Shown here: positions 42,100-53,088 of the stretch, piece after piece
How positions within the stretch are numbered: the first letter of the stretch is position 1
Layout: each line of letters opens with the position of its first letter
Source: Atribacterota bacterium
Lineage (GTDB): Bacteria > Atribacterota > Phoenicimicrobiia > Phoenicimicrobiales > Stramentimicrobiaceae
Direction: 5' to 3'
Length of the DNA: 64,000 nt
Assembly: GCA_040767965.1 (NCBI GenBank)
Contig: JAXGNR010000004.1
Coordinates: 32,001-96,000 of the forward strand
The notes under the pieces: model-generated
Told to the model about the DNA's origin: nothing
The model's database searches: none
Seen by the model: only the letters and a program-made list of their open reading frames with translations
Program-made: the position numbers and the translations under genes

Positions 42100-42660
42100 A
42101 TGGTTATGATACAGGTAAAAGTATTTGGTGTTGCAGTTGATCCGGTAACAAAAGGTTTTGTAGTAATTCTAAAAGACCAGGATGAGAAAAAATGGCTTCC
42201 AATATGGATTGGTCCATATGAAGCGAAAATGATATCTATGGCTTTGGAAAAAGAAAAACCCAGCAGGCCTTTTTCTCCTGATCTGATAAAAAATATAGTA
42301 GAATCTGCTTCTTTAAAGGTAGAAAAAATTGTAATATCAGATATTAAAAATAATACTTATTATGCAACTATCTGGTTAAAAGCTGGAGAAAAAGAAGTTT
42401 TGATTGACGCAAGACCCAGCGATGCCATTGCCATTGCTTTAAGATTGGAAACCCCAGTTTATATTACAGATGAAGTGATGAAAAAAGCATCGATAACACA
42501 CTCCTCCAGGGAAGAAGATGTTTCAACGCAAATAGATAGACTAAAAATCCAGTTGCAGGATGAGGTTGAAAAGGAAAATTACGAAGAAGCAGCCAAGCTA
42601 AGAGATGAAATAAAAAAGATGGAAAAAGTCAAAGATATTCCGCCCCTCAAACCAAATTAA
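42100..42660 (+). CDS. Bifunctional nuclease (DUF151) with C-terminal UVR domain
   Basis: LPIWIGPYEA and DARPSDAIAIALR, then ENYEEAAKLRDEI (UVR). Extended -10 TGCTATAAT at 42058-42066. Confidence 0.9.
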   Translation: MVMIQVKVFGVAVDPVTKGFVVILKDQDEKKWLPIWIGPYEAKMISMALEKEKPSRPFSPDLIKNIVESASLKVEKIVISDIKNNTYYATIWLKAGEKEVLIDARPSDAIAIALRLETPVYITDEVMKKASITHSSREEDVSTQIDRLKIQLQDEVEKENYEEAAKLRDEIKKMEKVKDIPPLKPN

Positions 42661-42756
42661 GAATTGCAGTAAAATTAAAATTATCTATAAATGTAAATAA
42701 AATCTTTTCTGGATTTTGATAATTTAAAGAAGATTGATAGTTCCTTTGGAGGGAAA

Positions 42757-43473
42757 ATGCAACATAAAAAAGTAAAAATAGCAGCTGATATTTTTCAAAA
42801 ATATCCTAATTTTACCAGAGGAATAATTTTTGTAAAAGATATCCAAAATAAGGAAAGAGATAAAAGAATAAAAAAACCTTTAAATAAGGTTATTGAGCAA
42901 TTAAATACTCAGCAGAGTGTTATTAAAGATCATTCATTTTTAAAATCCTGGGATGAAGCACATCGTGTTTTCGGGTCTGACCCGGTAAAATATCCTCCTT
43001 CCATCAATGCTCTTTTAGCTAGAATAGAAAGAGGAGGAGGATTCCCTTTTATAAATTCAGTGGTGGCTTTGTTTAATCTTATTTCATTAAAATATCTTAT
43101 ACCTTGCGGCGGAGATGATTTAGCAAAAATTGAAGGAAATTTGTGTTTGGATTTTGCCAGAGGAAATGAAATTTTTACCAGCTTAGGCAGTACTGAGATT
43201 GAAAATCCAAACCCGGGCGAAGTTATTTATTATGATGATAAAAGCAATCAGATAATGTGCAGAAGATGGAATTGGCGAAATGCAGAATTTTCAAAAATTT
43301 CTATTGATTCTAAAAATATAGTTATAAACATCGATGGGATTGGAGATGTCCCCCAAAGCACTGTTATTAAAGCAAGAGATGAACTTGCTAACTTGCTGCA
43401 AATCCACTGTCAGGCAATACTGGAGACAGAAATTATTACCAAAAATGTATTAGAGATTTCTCTTCCAGCTTAA
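42757..43473 (+). CDS. Stand-alone B3/B4 (PheRS-beta editing-like) domain protein
   Basis: PPSINALL, PFINSVVALFNLISL, GGDD, GEVIYYD and CRRWNWR. Confidence 0.88.
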   Translation: MQHKKVKIAADIFQKYPNFTRGIIFVKDIQNKERDKRIKKPLNKVIEQLNTQQSVIKDHSFLKSWDEAHRVFGSDPVKYPPSINALLARIERGGGFPFINSVVALFNLISLKYLIPCGGDDLAKIEGNLCLDFARGNEIFTSLGSTEIENPNPGEVIYYDDKSNQIMCRRWNWRNAEFSKISIDSKNIVINIDGIGDVPQSTVIKARDELANLLQIHCQAILETEIITKNVLEISLPA

Positions 43474-43594
43474 AAAATACAATTTAGAAAAGTGCATTGA
43501 GAAAAATGAATAAATATTACGAAAAATGGATATTTGACACTAGCAGTATAATAATTATAGAAGAATAGAAATTACAAAAGAAGAGGTGGGGAAA

Positions 43595-46192
43595 ATGATG
43601 CAATTTGATAAATTTACTGTAAAAGCTCAGGAAGCAATTGGGCAAGCACAGCAGCTGGCTATACGGTATAATAATCAAGAAATAAAAGCTGAGCATTTGA
43701 TGCTGGCTTTAATCTATCAAAAAGAAGGAATAGTTTCTTCAGTTTTAAGTAAATTAGAGTTTAATATAGTTGAATTAGAAGAATATTTAGAAAAAAGAAT
43801 CAAGCAATTACCCAGCGTATCAGGTGGGGGTGCAAATCAATATATTGGCAATGATTTAAATATTGTTTTTAACAACGCATCTCAGGAAGCTGTCAAAATG
43901 AAAGATGAGTATGTTAGCACTGAGCACTTATTGTTAGCACTTATTGATCTGGAAGAGAGTTCATTTTTTAAGTACTTTAAAGACCATGGGATAAACAGAG
44001 ATAATATTTATCGTTCATTGATGAATATCAGAGGTAATCAAAGAATAACTGATCAGAATCCTGAAGAAAAATATCAGGCTTTAGAAAAGTACTCACGTGA
44101 CTTAACCCAATTAGCAAGGCAGGGTAAATTGGATCCAGTGATTGGTAGGGATGATGAAATCAGGAGAGTTATGCAGGTTTTATCAAGAAGAACCAAGAAT
44201 AACCCGGTTCTGATTGGTGAGCCTGGAGTTGGTAAAACTGCAATAGTGGAGGGATTATCGCGAAGGATTATAAGCGGAGATGTTCCTGAAGGTTTAAAAA
44301 ATAAAAGAGTAATTGCCCTGGATCTTAGTGCCTTGGTGGCAGGGGCAAAATTTAGAGGTGAATTCGAAGATCGTCTAAAGGCTGTTTTGAAAGAAGTTGA
44401 AAAATCTGAAGGATCTATTATTTTATTTATTGATGAGATGCACACTCTGGTAGGTGCAGGGGCAGCTGAGGGAGCAATGGATGCTTCTAATATGTTAAAA
44501 CCAGCTTTGGCAAGAGGAGAACTGCATTGTATCGGGGCAACAACTTTAAAAGAATATCGAAAATATATTGAAAAAGATGCTGCTCTGGAAAGAAGGTTCC
44601 AAATGGTATTAGTGAAAGAGCCTACGGTTGAAGATAGTGTTGCAATTTTAAGAGGACTAAAAGAACGATATGAAGTCCATCATGGAGTTAAAATAATGGA
44701 TTCTGCTTTAATAGCAGCAGCAACTTTATCTAATAGATATATCTCAGACCGTTTTTTGCCTGATAAGGCTATTGATCTGGTAGATGAAGCAGCTTCTGGA
44801 TTAAGAATGGAAATTGACAGTATGCCTATTGAAATTGATGAAATTGAAAGAAAAATAATGCAGCTGCAAATAGAAAAGCAGGCCTTAAAGAAAGACAATG
44901 ATGCTGTTGCTAAAGGGAAAATAAAGCAAATTGACCAAAATTTAAGTAACCTTACTGAGCAAAAAAATAGTTTAGTTTCCAGATGGAATAATGAAAAAGA
45001 AATTATTCAGGAGATAAACAAAAATAAGAGTGATTTAGAAAAAGCAAAAACAGAGGCTGAACAGGCTGAAAGAGAAGGAAATCTAAATCGTGCTGCTGAA
45101 ATTAAATATGGTAGAATACCTGAGCTGGAAAAGTATCTTCAAGAGAGTAACAACAAAATTGCCTCTTTACAAAAAAGTTCCAGGATGCTGAAAGAAGAGA
45201 TAACCGAAGAAGATATTGCTCAAGTTGTAGCAAAATGGACTAATATTCCGGTTGGGCGTTTAATGGAAGGAGAAACCGAAAAATTAATTCAGATGGAACA
45301 GGAATTAAAGAAAAGAGTAGTTGGCCAAGATGATGCTGTTACTTTAATTTCTAATGCAATCAGACGTTCCAGAGTCGGAATAGCTGATCCTGATAAACCG
45401 GTAGGTACTTTTATATTTATGGGTCCTACTGGAGTTGGTAAAACTGAGCTTGCCCGCAGTTTAGCTGAATTTTTATTCAATGATGAGAATGCATTAGTCC
45501 GTATAGATATGTCAGAGTATATGGAAAAACATAGTGTAGCCCGTTTAATTGGAGCTCCTCCGGGTTATGTCGGTTATGAAGAAGGTGGACAGTTAACTGA
45601 AATTGTTAGACGCAGGCCTTATTCAGTTATTCTTTTTGATGAAATAGAAAAAGCTCATAGTGATGTATTTAATATTCTGTTACAGATAATGGATAACGGA
45701 AGGTTAACAGACGGACAAGGAAGAGTTATCAACTTTAAAAATACTATCTTAATTATGACTTCCAATATCGGTAGTCAGTATATTTATCAAATGAATAATG
45801 AAAACAAAGAAGAGATAGTCAAACAGCTTGATCAGATTCTTAGAACAAACTTTAAACCAGAATTTTTAAATCGAATTGATGAAATAATTTCCTTTAACAG
45901 ATTAGAAAAAGAACAAATAATTCAAATTGTAGATATTCAGCTTAGAAATCTACAAAAACGCTTACAGGAAAAGGAAATAGAACTGGATGTTTCTATTGAG
46001 GTCAAAGAAGTAATTGCGAAGCGAGGATTTGATCCTCAGTATGGTGCAAGACCTTTAAAGAGGACTATTCAGAAATATATTCAGGATCCATTAGCATTAC
46101 AAATGTTAGAAGGAAAAATAAAAGAAAAAACAAAAATAAGGGTAAATTATGACAAAAATGAAGAAAATATTGTTTTTAAAAAAATTGAATAG
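43595..46192 (+). CDS. clpB: Disaggregase ClpB
   Basis: Two AAA modules ([16 protein letters not shown]), a long M domain, GYVGY loop and GARPLKR. Confidence 0.97.
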   Translation: MMQFDKFTVKAQEAIGQAQQLAIRYNNQEIKAEHLMLALIYQKEGIVSSVLSKLEFNIVELEEYLEKRIKQLPSVSGGGANQYIGNDLNIVFNNASQEAVKMKDEYVSTEHLLLALIDLEESSFFKYFKDHGINRDNIYRSLMNIRGNQRITDQNPEEKYQALEKYSRDLTQLARQGKLDPVIGRDDEIRRVMQVLSRRTKNNPVLIGEPGVGKTAIVEGLSRRIISGDVPEGLKNKRVIALDLSALVAGAKFRGEFEDRLKAVLKEVEKSEGSIILFIDEMHTLVGAGAAEGAMDASNMLKPALARGELHCIGATTLKEYRKYIEKDAALERRFQMVLVKEPTVEDSVAILRGLKERYEVHHGVKIMDSALIAAATLSNRYISDRFLPDKAIDLVDEAASGLRMEIDSMPIEIDEIERKIMQLQIEKQALKKDNDAVAKGKIKQIDQNLSNLTEQKNSLVSRWNNEKEIIQEINKNKSDLEKAKTEAEQAEREGNLNRAAEIKYGRIPELEKYLQESNNKIASLQKSSRMLKEEITEEDIAQVVAKWTNIPVGRLMEGETEKLIQMEQELKKRVVGQDDAVTLISNAIRRSRVGIADPDKPVGTFIFMGPTGVGKTELARSLAEFLFNDENALVRIDMSEYMEKHSVARLIGAPPGYVGYEEGGQLTEIVRRRPYSVILFDEIEKAHSDVFNILLQIMDNGRLTDGQGRVINFKNTILIMTSNIGSQYIYQMNNENKEEIVKQLDQILRTNFKPEFLNRIDEIISFNRLEKEQIIQIVDIQLRNLQKRLQEKEIELDVSIEVKEVIAKRGFDPQYGARPLKRTIQKYIQDPLALQMLEGKIKEKTKIRVNYDKNEENIVFKKIE

Positions 46193-46219
46193 CATTGATT
46201 AGGTGGTTAGTTTAAACAT

Positions 46220-46265
46220 AGAAAGAGTGCTTTTGTTATTTTGTGATAACAAAAGCACTCTTTCT
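46220..46265. terminator. Bidirectional terminator with a perfect 20-bp stem
   Basis: AGAAAGAGTGCTTTTGTTAT-N6-ATAACAAAAGCACTCTTTCT between convergent genes. Confidence 0.85.
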
Positions 46266-46273
46266 CTTTAATT

Positions 46274-47326
46274 TCAGATATAGTATATTTTAATTTGAGA
46301 TAATCCGGAGTCAATATTGATATGAAGCTGATATTCAGAATCAGAATAGTTATTGGAAATAAATGTATTATCTTCTAATTCCCTTAAATCTTTATCTAAA
46401 TCTTTCATACTTAATCCCGTATCAAGGCTAAGAGTTATCCCCACGTTTTTAGGAATAGCAATATCAATTTTTGAGACGCCGGAATTAATATTTATATTGC
46501 CATTATATTGTTGAGCGATTATCTTAATATCTGACGCCCCGCTTTTAACAGAAAATTGTTTGACTTTAAATTTAGATAAATCATAATCAATAGTAGTAGC
46601 ACCGGTTTCAATAAAGATATCATATGTAACATCTTTATTTAATTTTAAATCAATTTTATTTTTAGGGTTACGGAACTGTTTATTAGATGCTGAAAGTGGG
46701 TTATGATAGATATGAATACTGGCTTCTGAATCAGTAGTGGAATATTCTTCTACTGGCTTAAATTCCGGATAGCGATAAGTTGTCTGACACTGATACAGGT
46801 AAGGAGTAGGGAATTCAAGTTCAAAAACTGCTATATCATAGTTTATATGAATATTGGCTTTTTGAATCTTTGAAATTACTTCTGTTTCTTCCTGCTTAGA
46901 ACCTTCTGTCATTTCTATCATTGCTTCTTGCATTTCTTCTTCGGCAGTTGCACTTGATTCTGTCAATTCTTCCTCCGAAATACCCTCTCCAATATCTTCT
47001 GGTATAACTTCTTTTGAGACCATTACCATTTCAATTTCTCTTTGCAGCATTTCGGTCTCAGTAGTTATTTTTCCTTCCAAATGCAGTTCAACTCCCAGAT
47101 AACCAGCGCTTGCCCCTATTATAATACCAAATAATATTACCAAAGGAGCGAGCCAGGAAAGTCTTTTTCTGAAGATTAAGCTAATTCCTAAACTAATTAA
47201 TAGTAAAGGCCAGAGCCTGAAGATATTATACCAAACAGACCAATTTAAAATATTTAGATTATTCAGTAAAAGAATAATACCAACCAATGCTATAGCTAAA
47301 CCTTTTAATATTTGAGTTCCATTCAT
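46274..47326 (-). CDS. LiaF/DUF5668-like membrane protein with acidic linker and C-terminal toast-rack-like beta domain
   Basis: GIILLLNNL...RLWPLLLISLG N-terminus, and repeated I.SG.S.I strands at the C-terminus. Confidence 0.7.
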   Translation of the reverse strand: MNGTQILKGLAIALVGIILLLNNLNILNWSVWYNIFRLWPLLLISLGISLIFRKRLSWLAPLVILFGIIIGASAGYLGVELHLEGKITTETEMLQREIEMVMVSKEVIPEDIGEGISEEELTESSATAEEEMQEAMIEMTEGSKQEETEVISKIQKANIHINYDIAVFELEFPTPYLYQCQTTYRYPEFKPVEEYSTTDSEASIHIYHNPLSASNKQFRNPKNKIDLKLNKDVTYDIFIETGATTIDYDLSKFKVKQFSVKSGASDIKIIAQQYNGNININSGVSKIDIAIPKNVGITLSLDTGLSMKDLDKDLRELEDNTFISNNYSDSEYQLHINIDSGLSQIKIYYI

Positions 47327-47399
47327 TTTTTGATCTCCCTTCAAAAATTAATAAAAGAGATATAAATATTATTTAATTTCATAATAATTAAGGTGATCT

Positions 47400-48521
47400 T
47401 TATTTTGTTAATTTTGACCAGCTATTTGCAACCAATAAATCAATAAGTCTTTGTTGGCTGGATAAATATTCAGGATTAAGAGACAATGCTGTTTCAGCCT
47501 CTCTAAGGGCATTTTCATAATCCTGATTTCTGTAATATGTTAATCCTTTTTTATAATGAGCTTTTGCTAAAGTGTCCTGAGAAGTAGTTAAATCAATTGC
47601 TAACTCATAATGCTTGAAAGCCTCCGGGAGCTCACCTTTATTATAATAAGAATCTCCTATTTCCAGCAGGGCTTCTGCAAAACTGTCAAAAGTAAAGTTA
47701 TGTTTTCCAAGAGGGTAAATTTTTTGTGCTAAACTTTTTTCTAAAATAGCTTGATTATAATTACTATCCTTTAAAAAAATTTCTCCTTTATAAAAATAGG
47801 CCAGCGCAACTGATCTTTTATCATCTTCAAATTGTGTTGCCTGGTGGTAAGCCTGTTGAGCTTTTTCCAATTGATTATTTTCACGATAATAATTGCCTAA
47901 GTGGAGGTAACAATAAGCATTTTCTTCATAATCAGTTATTTTTTCCATAATCCCAGGGTGAATTTTCATATAGCCCATTTCTACAAATTTCTCATTAGCT
48001 TCAACTAGTTGATGATTATCAAGGTATAATTGACCCAATTCAGCGTTTATTTGTTGGTGGTTAGGTATTAATTCTATTGCTTTTTCATAATATTCTATGG
48101 CAATTTCTATTTCCATGAGCTCTTTGTGGATTAATCCTTTAATATAGTAAGCGTGAGCGAGGTTTTTTGCAGTTAATCCTTCTAATAGTTCCAGTGCTTT
48201 CTCAAATTTATTCATTTTATAGTAGGAAAAACAATTATTTATTTGGGCAATTTCATTAAAAGGATCAACATTTAAGGCTTTCTGATATTCTTCAATTGCA
48301 GGCATATAGAGTCCCTGCTGTAGAAAAAAATTGCCGATATTAATAAATGTATAAGCATCCGGAATAATGGTTTTTTCTTCTATAATGGACTGGAGTAAAT
48401 CTTCTAACTGATTGTTGCTTTCTGCGGAAACCGAGTTTGAAAAAAATATCAAAAAAAGAACGAGAAAGGCAAAGAGAAGGCTGTTTAGGCCATTTATTTT
48501 AATTTTTTTAAAGTAATTCAT
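47400..48521 (-). CDS. Exported tetratricopeptide repeat protein
   Basis: Signal peptide and multiple TPR units (AIEEYQKAL..DP, AIEYYEKAIELIP, AL.LNP). Confidence 0.88.
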   Translation of the reverse strand: MNYFKKIKINGLNSLLFAFLVLFLIFFSNSVSAESNNQLEDLLQSIIEEKTIIPDAYTFINIGNFFLQQGLYMPAIEEYQKALNVDPFNEIAQINNCFSYYKMNKFEKALELLEGLTAKNLAHAYYIKGLIHKELMEIEIAIEYYEKAIELIPNHQQINAELGQLYLDNHQLVEANEKFVEMGYMKIHPGIMEKITDYEENAYCYLHLGNYYRENNQLEKAQQAYHQATQFEDDKRSVALAYFYKGEIFLKDSNYNQAILEKSLAQKIYPLGKHNFTFDSFAEALLEIGDSYYNKGELPEAFKHYELAIDLTTSQDTLAKAHYKKGLTYYRNQDYENALREAETALSLNPEYLSSQQRLIDLLVANSWSKLTK

Positions 48522-48655
48522 TGAATTCCCCCCTGAAAATAGTAAGGATAAATATATACACAAATAAAATCCAATTAAGAAAAATTTATTGTTAATATTG
48601 ATTTAAAAAATATTAAATATCCTGAAATGAAAAAATATAATCTATTATCAGAATA

Positions 48656-51130
48656 TTATTTTTTGCCAGTGCTTTCTTTCTTTTTATTTTGTTCTTTATT
48701 ATCATTTCCAAAGTCTTTTAGTTTTAAGGCTAATTCCATCAGCTTTTCATCAACCAGGTAATTAATAGTTCCTTTTTCAAATTTTCCCGCTTCGGTTCTT
48801 GCCCCTGCTTTTTTCAGAGTGAGTATTTCAATTCCTTCATCAATACTTTTTATCGGGTAAATGTGGAAAGTTTTGTTTTTTACTGCCTCAACTACATCTT
48901 CTCTTAGCATTAAATCTGGAATATTTGTTGCAGGAATAATAACTCCTTGTGTGCCTGTAAGCCCTTTAGTTTTGCAGACTTCAAAAAACCCTTCAATTTT
49001 TTGATTTACTCCTCCAATAGGTTGAATTTCTCCTTTTTGATTAATTGAACCTGTAACTGCAATATCCTGTCTTAAAGGTATATTCGCTATACTGGAAAGA
49101 AGGGCATAGGCTTCAGTGGAAGAAGCACTATCTCCGTCAACTCCAGAATATGATTGTTCAAAGCAAATGCTGGCACTCATGGTAAGAGGTTTGTCCTGGG
49201 CATACTTAGAACGCAAATATCCACTCAGGATTAGGATTCCTTTATTGTGAGTTTTCCCGCTTAAATCAGCTTCTCTTTCAATATTAATAATTCCGGATCT
49301 GCCCATAGATGTTTTTGCAGTAATTCTAGTTGGTTTCCCGAACATGTATTCTCCTAAATCATAAACAGAAAGGCCATTTACCTGTCCCACCACCGAACCT
49401 TCAGTATCAATCATAATGGTACCTTCTTCAATCATTTCTTGTATTTTATTTTCAATAAGGTTAAGCCTTTCAATCTTTTCTCTAATGGCAGAATTAACAT
49501 GTTTTTTCTGAATAGTATTTTGTTTATCTTTTTTAGCCCAATAATCTGCTTCTCTTAAAAGGTCAACCAAGTTATTGAAGCGAGTAGACAGCTTATTTTT
49601 TTTACCAGCCATTCTAACAGCATATTCAATAACTCCGGCTATCCCACTGGCATCAAAAGGCATAATATTTTCCCTTTCGCAGAGTTGTTTAATAAAACAA
49701 GCATACTGATATATGTTTTCCGGGTTGTTTTCAGTAACAACATCAAAATCTGCCTTTACTTTAAAAATTTTTTCAAAATCCTGATCTCTGAAATAGAGAA
49801 GTTGATAAATAAAACTATCTCCAATCATAATAACTTTTACATTGCATTCGATAGGTTCCGGTTTTAATGCTGATGTGCTGAACATGGGAAAGGGGTCATA
49901 TGTTTCAGGTTCAATCTTTTGATTGAGCAGAGTTCTTTTTAATGAAGGCCACACGCCTGGTTCAAGTAGCAAATCCAGTGCATTTACCACTAAAAATCCG
50001 CCATTTGCCCGTAACAGCGAACCGGCTTTTATTTTAGTAAAGTCAGTAATCCAGTGACCGGTTCGATCCATTCTTCTCTCTATCATGCCAAATAAGTTCT
50101 TATAAGAAGGGTGAGTTTCAATAATTACCGGTGAATCTTTTGTTTCAGAATTATCTACCAGCACATTAACCGAATATTCAGCAAGGGTGTCTTTCATTTG
50201 AGGTAATTTTAGACCAGGAATTGCTGATGCCTGTTCTTCTTTGGTTTGAAAACGGCCTATATTTTCCAGTACATTTTCTTTGACTTCATTTAAATAAGAG
50301 TCAATACTGGTAATTTTATATTTTTTCTTAATTTCATTAGTTTCTTCTTCAACTAAAGGTTTAATCATTTTATTTTCTAATTCATTTAATTTTTTGGATA
50401 AATCTTTTTGCAAAATATTAATTTTTTTTGATATTTGAGTAATTTCCTGCGTGAATTGTTTGTGTTTTTGTTTAATTTTTTCAAATTCTTCTTTTGTAAA
50501 TTTTCCTTCTTCAACCATTCCTTCCAGATTTTCCAGATTAACGGGTTTTTCGTCAATAATCGGTAAAATATCTGGTTTAGTATAAGGTCCAATTTGAATT
50601 TGCACAACTGTGAAGTTTTCCTTTTTAACTTTATCTTCAAACTCTTTAACAAGAGAATGCTGTTTGTTTTTAAAATTGTCTGTCAGGATATCTCTATTTT
50701 TTTGATATTTTTCACTTTCCAAAATCAAAGGGATATGTTTTTTTAGTGTATTTACTAAATTATCCATATCTTTCTTGAACTGCCTTCCTTCTCCGGCAGG
50801 AAGACTGATAGCTCTAGGCATGTCTGGGTCTTTAAAATTATGAACATAACATTTATCATCAAAAACAATATTTTCTCTTCTTCGTGTTTTTAACAATTTT
50901 TTAATGGTAGTACTTCGACCAGTTCCTGATTGTCCTGTTATGAAAAGGTTATAGCCTAAATATTCCATATCCAATCCTAATTCCAGCGCTTTAAGAGCCC
51001 TTGATTGTCCTAATATATCATCACAAGGGGCAAGATCGTTTGTTGAGGAAAAATCAACTTTTGTTAAATCACAATTCCAACGTAGTTGCTCTTCAGAGAG
51101 CTCTGGAAAGCTGTCTATTTTAATATTCAT
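48656..51130 (-). CDS. Lon-like protease, LonC type
   Basis: GQSRAL, degenerate Walker A GQSGTGRS, coiled-coil insertion, GSLLRANGG, GQVNGL, and the Ser-Lys dyad DGDSAS / GGVNQKIEG. Confidence 0.9.
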   Translation of the reverse strand: MNIKIDSFPELSEEQLRWNCDLTKVDFSSTNDLAPCDDILGQSRALKALELGLDMEYLGYNLFITGQSGTGRSTTIKKLLKTRRRENIVFDDKCYVHNFKDPDMPRAISLPAGEGRQFKKDMDNLVNTLKKHIPLILESEKYQKNRDILTDNFKNKQHSLVKEFEDKVKKENFTVVQIQIGPYTKPDILPIIDEKPVNLENLEGMVEEGKFTKEEFEKIKQKHKQFTQEITQISKKINILQKDLSKKLNELENKMIKPLVEEETNEIKKKYKITSIDSYLNEVKENVLENIGRFQTKEEQASAIPGLKLPQMKDTLAEYSVNVLVDNSETKDSPVIIETHPSYKNLFGMIERRMDRTGHWITDFTKIKAGSLLRANGGFLVVNALDLLLEPGVWPSLKRTLLNQKIEPETYDPFPMFSTSALKPEPIECNVKVIMIGDSFIYQLLYFRDQDFEKIFKVKADFDVVTENNPENIYQYACFIKQLCERENIMPFDASGIAGVIEYAVRMAGKKNKLSTRFNNLVDLLREADYWAKKDKQNTIQKKHVNSAIREKIERLNLIENKIQEMIEEGTIMIDTEGSVVGQVNGLSVYDLGEYMFGKPTRITAKTSMGRSGIINIEREADLSGKTHNKGILILSGYLRSKYAQDKPLTMSASICFEQSYSGVDGDSASSTEAYALLSSIANIPLRQDIAVTGSINQKGEIQPIGGVNQKIEGFFEVCKTKGLTGTQGVIIPATNIPDLMLREDVVEAVKNKTFHIYPIKSIDEGIEILTLKKAGARTEAGKFEKGTINYLVDEKLMELALKLKDFGNDNKEQNKKKESTGKK

Positions 51131-51416
51131 ATTTACTCCTGATTCTTAATCTTAAAATATTTTTTATTTTTATTTATTTTATTTTAATCTGTTATATTAT
51201 GTATTTATAAATATGAAAAATAGTTTCTTTAATTATAACAGCATATTTTCTTTTTGTTAAGAAACTATATTTGAGAAAAAATTAGATTTTTTTATCAAAA
51301 TACTTCTATTTAAACATGAAATTATGATATATACTGATATAATATATTATAAGAAGTAACTGTATTAATAAAAAAACAATTAAATGTTTCTTTAAGGTAG
51401 AAAAACAGAGGAGGTA

Positions 51417-52979
51417 ATGATGTCAAAAAGCATTTCTGTTTTAATAATTATACTTTTTCTTGTGGTGGCTGGTTTTGCTTATTTGAACTATAATCGTTTA
51501 AGCCTTGTACAAAAAGAATTATCTGTAAAAGACCAATTAATAGAAGACTCAAAGGAGCTAATCAGCAAACAGGATTTTGCTATTGACCAATTAGAAGAAA
51601 GGATTAAAAAAGTAATTGAAGAAATTATAACTGCTGAAAGCAGTTTAAGACAAGAAAAAGAAGAACTAAACCAGGAAAGAATTACCTCTCTGCAGGATGA
51701 AATTAACCAGTACACAGTTAACATTCAGGAAGTAATTAATAAAATTAACGAAATGGAAACCAGGCTAAGTGAAGAAATTAGTCTCCGAAAACAATTAGAG
51801 CAGGAAATAATAAAATATGAGAATAATATTGCTAGACTGCAGGAAGAATCAACCCAGGAACAGAATCTTGAAATTCTTGAACAGAAAATAGCACAATTGC
51901 AAAGCAATAAAACAAATCTCCAGGAAGAAGTTCAGCAGAAAGACCTTCTTTTAAATATCATCAATCTAGAGCAGAAGTCTTTACGGGAACAATTGGCTAA
52001 CTATGAACAGCTGTTGCATGATTTACAAGGAGAAATGATGGTAGTAGAGAAGCATAAAATAGAGATGGAAGAGCTTCAATCCAGTTTAATACAATTGAAA
52101 GAAGAAAAAAATAAGTTAGAAGTTGTTTTGCATGATAGAGAAGATCAATTGTTATCCAGGGAACAGCAAAACAGACAAACTATCGACAAGCTCCAATTTG
52201 AAGTTCAGGAATATGAAAAAAGCTTAAAAGAGTTAGGTAGTGAGATGTTGTCTATAAAGCAGAATATAAGTGAAGTGAAAGATGATGCTATTTTGGAATC
52301 ACAGATTTCCCAATTAAAGCAAAATATAAAAGAACTTGGGGATATTCTGGCAGAAAAAGAAATTGAATGGGAAGAACAAAATCAAAGTAACAAGGAATTG
52401 ATTGCTACATTAAAAGTTCAACTAGAAAAATATAAAGAAGATATCCAACTTGTGAAATTTGATAGCAATTTATATAAAGATGATATTGCTGCTGAAATTC
52501 AGCTGCAACAGGAACGAATTGCCAGCTTGAATGATAAAGAAGGGCAGATTGCCAAGCTGGTTACTGAAATCGAAGGTTATGCCAGAAAAATTGAAGATTA
52601 TGAAAATAATATTGCCCAGCTCAAAGAAAAATTAGATTTTCAGCAGGAGTTAAGTTATCAGGGACAGCAAAAAATGTTAGATGAAATTATTTCTTTAATA
52701 GAAGAAAGAGATACCAGTCAAAACAATATTGATTTATTCAAAAAACATATTAATGAACTGCAAGCAGAGGTAGCTGAGTTAAAAACAAGAATACAAGGAA
52801 TGGAAATAAAGGAATTCTCAAAATACTATGAAGTAAAAAGCGGAGACAACTTATGGGTTATTGCAAAGGAAAAATATGATGATGGGGTTGCATGGACAAA
52901 GATCTTCAGTGCAAATAAGGAGCTAATTAAAAATCCTGATTTGATATATCCTTATCAACAACTGATAATTCCAGAATAA
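51417..52979 (+). CDS. Membrane-anchored long coiled-coil protein with C-terminal LysM domain
   Basis: TM helix at residues ~5-23, about 440 aa of E/Q/K/L/I-rich heptads without Pro, then YEVKSGDNLWVIA...W..I..AN...IKNPDLIYP. Confidence 0.88.
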   Translation: MMSKSISVLIIILFLVVAGFAYLNYNRLSLVQKELSVKDQLIEDSKELISKQDFAIDQLEERIKKVIEEIITAESSLRQEKEELNQERITSLQDEINQYTVNIQEVINKINEMETRLSEEISLRKQLEQEIIKYENNIARLQEESTQEQNLEILEQKIAQLQSNKTNLQEEVQQKDLLLNIINLEQKSLREQLANYEQLLHDLQGEMMVVEKHKIEMEELQSSLIQLKEEKNKLEVVLHDREDQLLSREQQNRQTIDKLQFEVQEYEKSLKELGSEMLSIKQNISEVKDDAILESQISQLKQNIKELGDILAEKEIEWEEQNQSNKELIATLKVQLEKYKEDIQLVKFDSNLYKDDIAAEIQLQQERIASLNDKEGQIAKLVTEIEGYARKIEDYENNIAQLKEKLDFQQELSYQGQQKMLDEIISLIEERDTSQNNIDLFKKHINELQAEVAELKTRIQGMEIKEFSKYYEVKSGDNLWVIAKEKYDDGVAWTKIFSANKELIKNPDLIYPYQQLIIPE

Positions 52980-52990
52980 TATATTATTAT

Positions 52991-53043
52991 AAAAAAAAAC
53001 GGCATGACATCAAAATAAAAATTGATTCACTGCCGTTTTTTTA
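52991..53043. terminator. Bidirectional intrinsic terminator
   Basis: A9-CGGCA...TGCCG-T7 between convergent genes. Confidence 0.7.
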
Positions 53044-53088
53044 TTTTCTGTGTAATTTATAAAATCTTATCAGGATATTTGTACTGGA

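Noticed and set aside
43474-43594. CIRCE or CtsR operator upstream of clpB
   Set aside because: No TTAGCACTC-N9-GAGTGCTAA and no GTCAAA repeats. The GAGTGC/GCACTC pair at 46225-46260 is downstream, in the wrong orientation, and part of a terminator.
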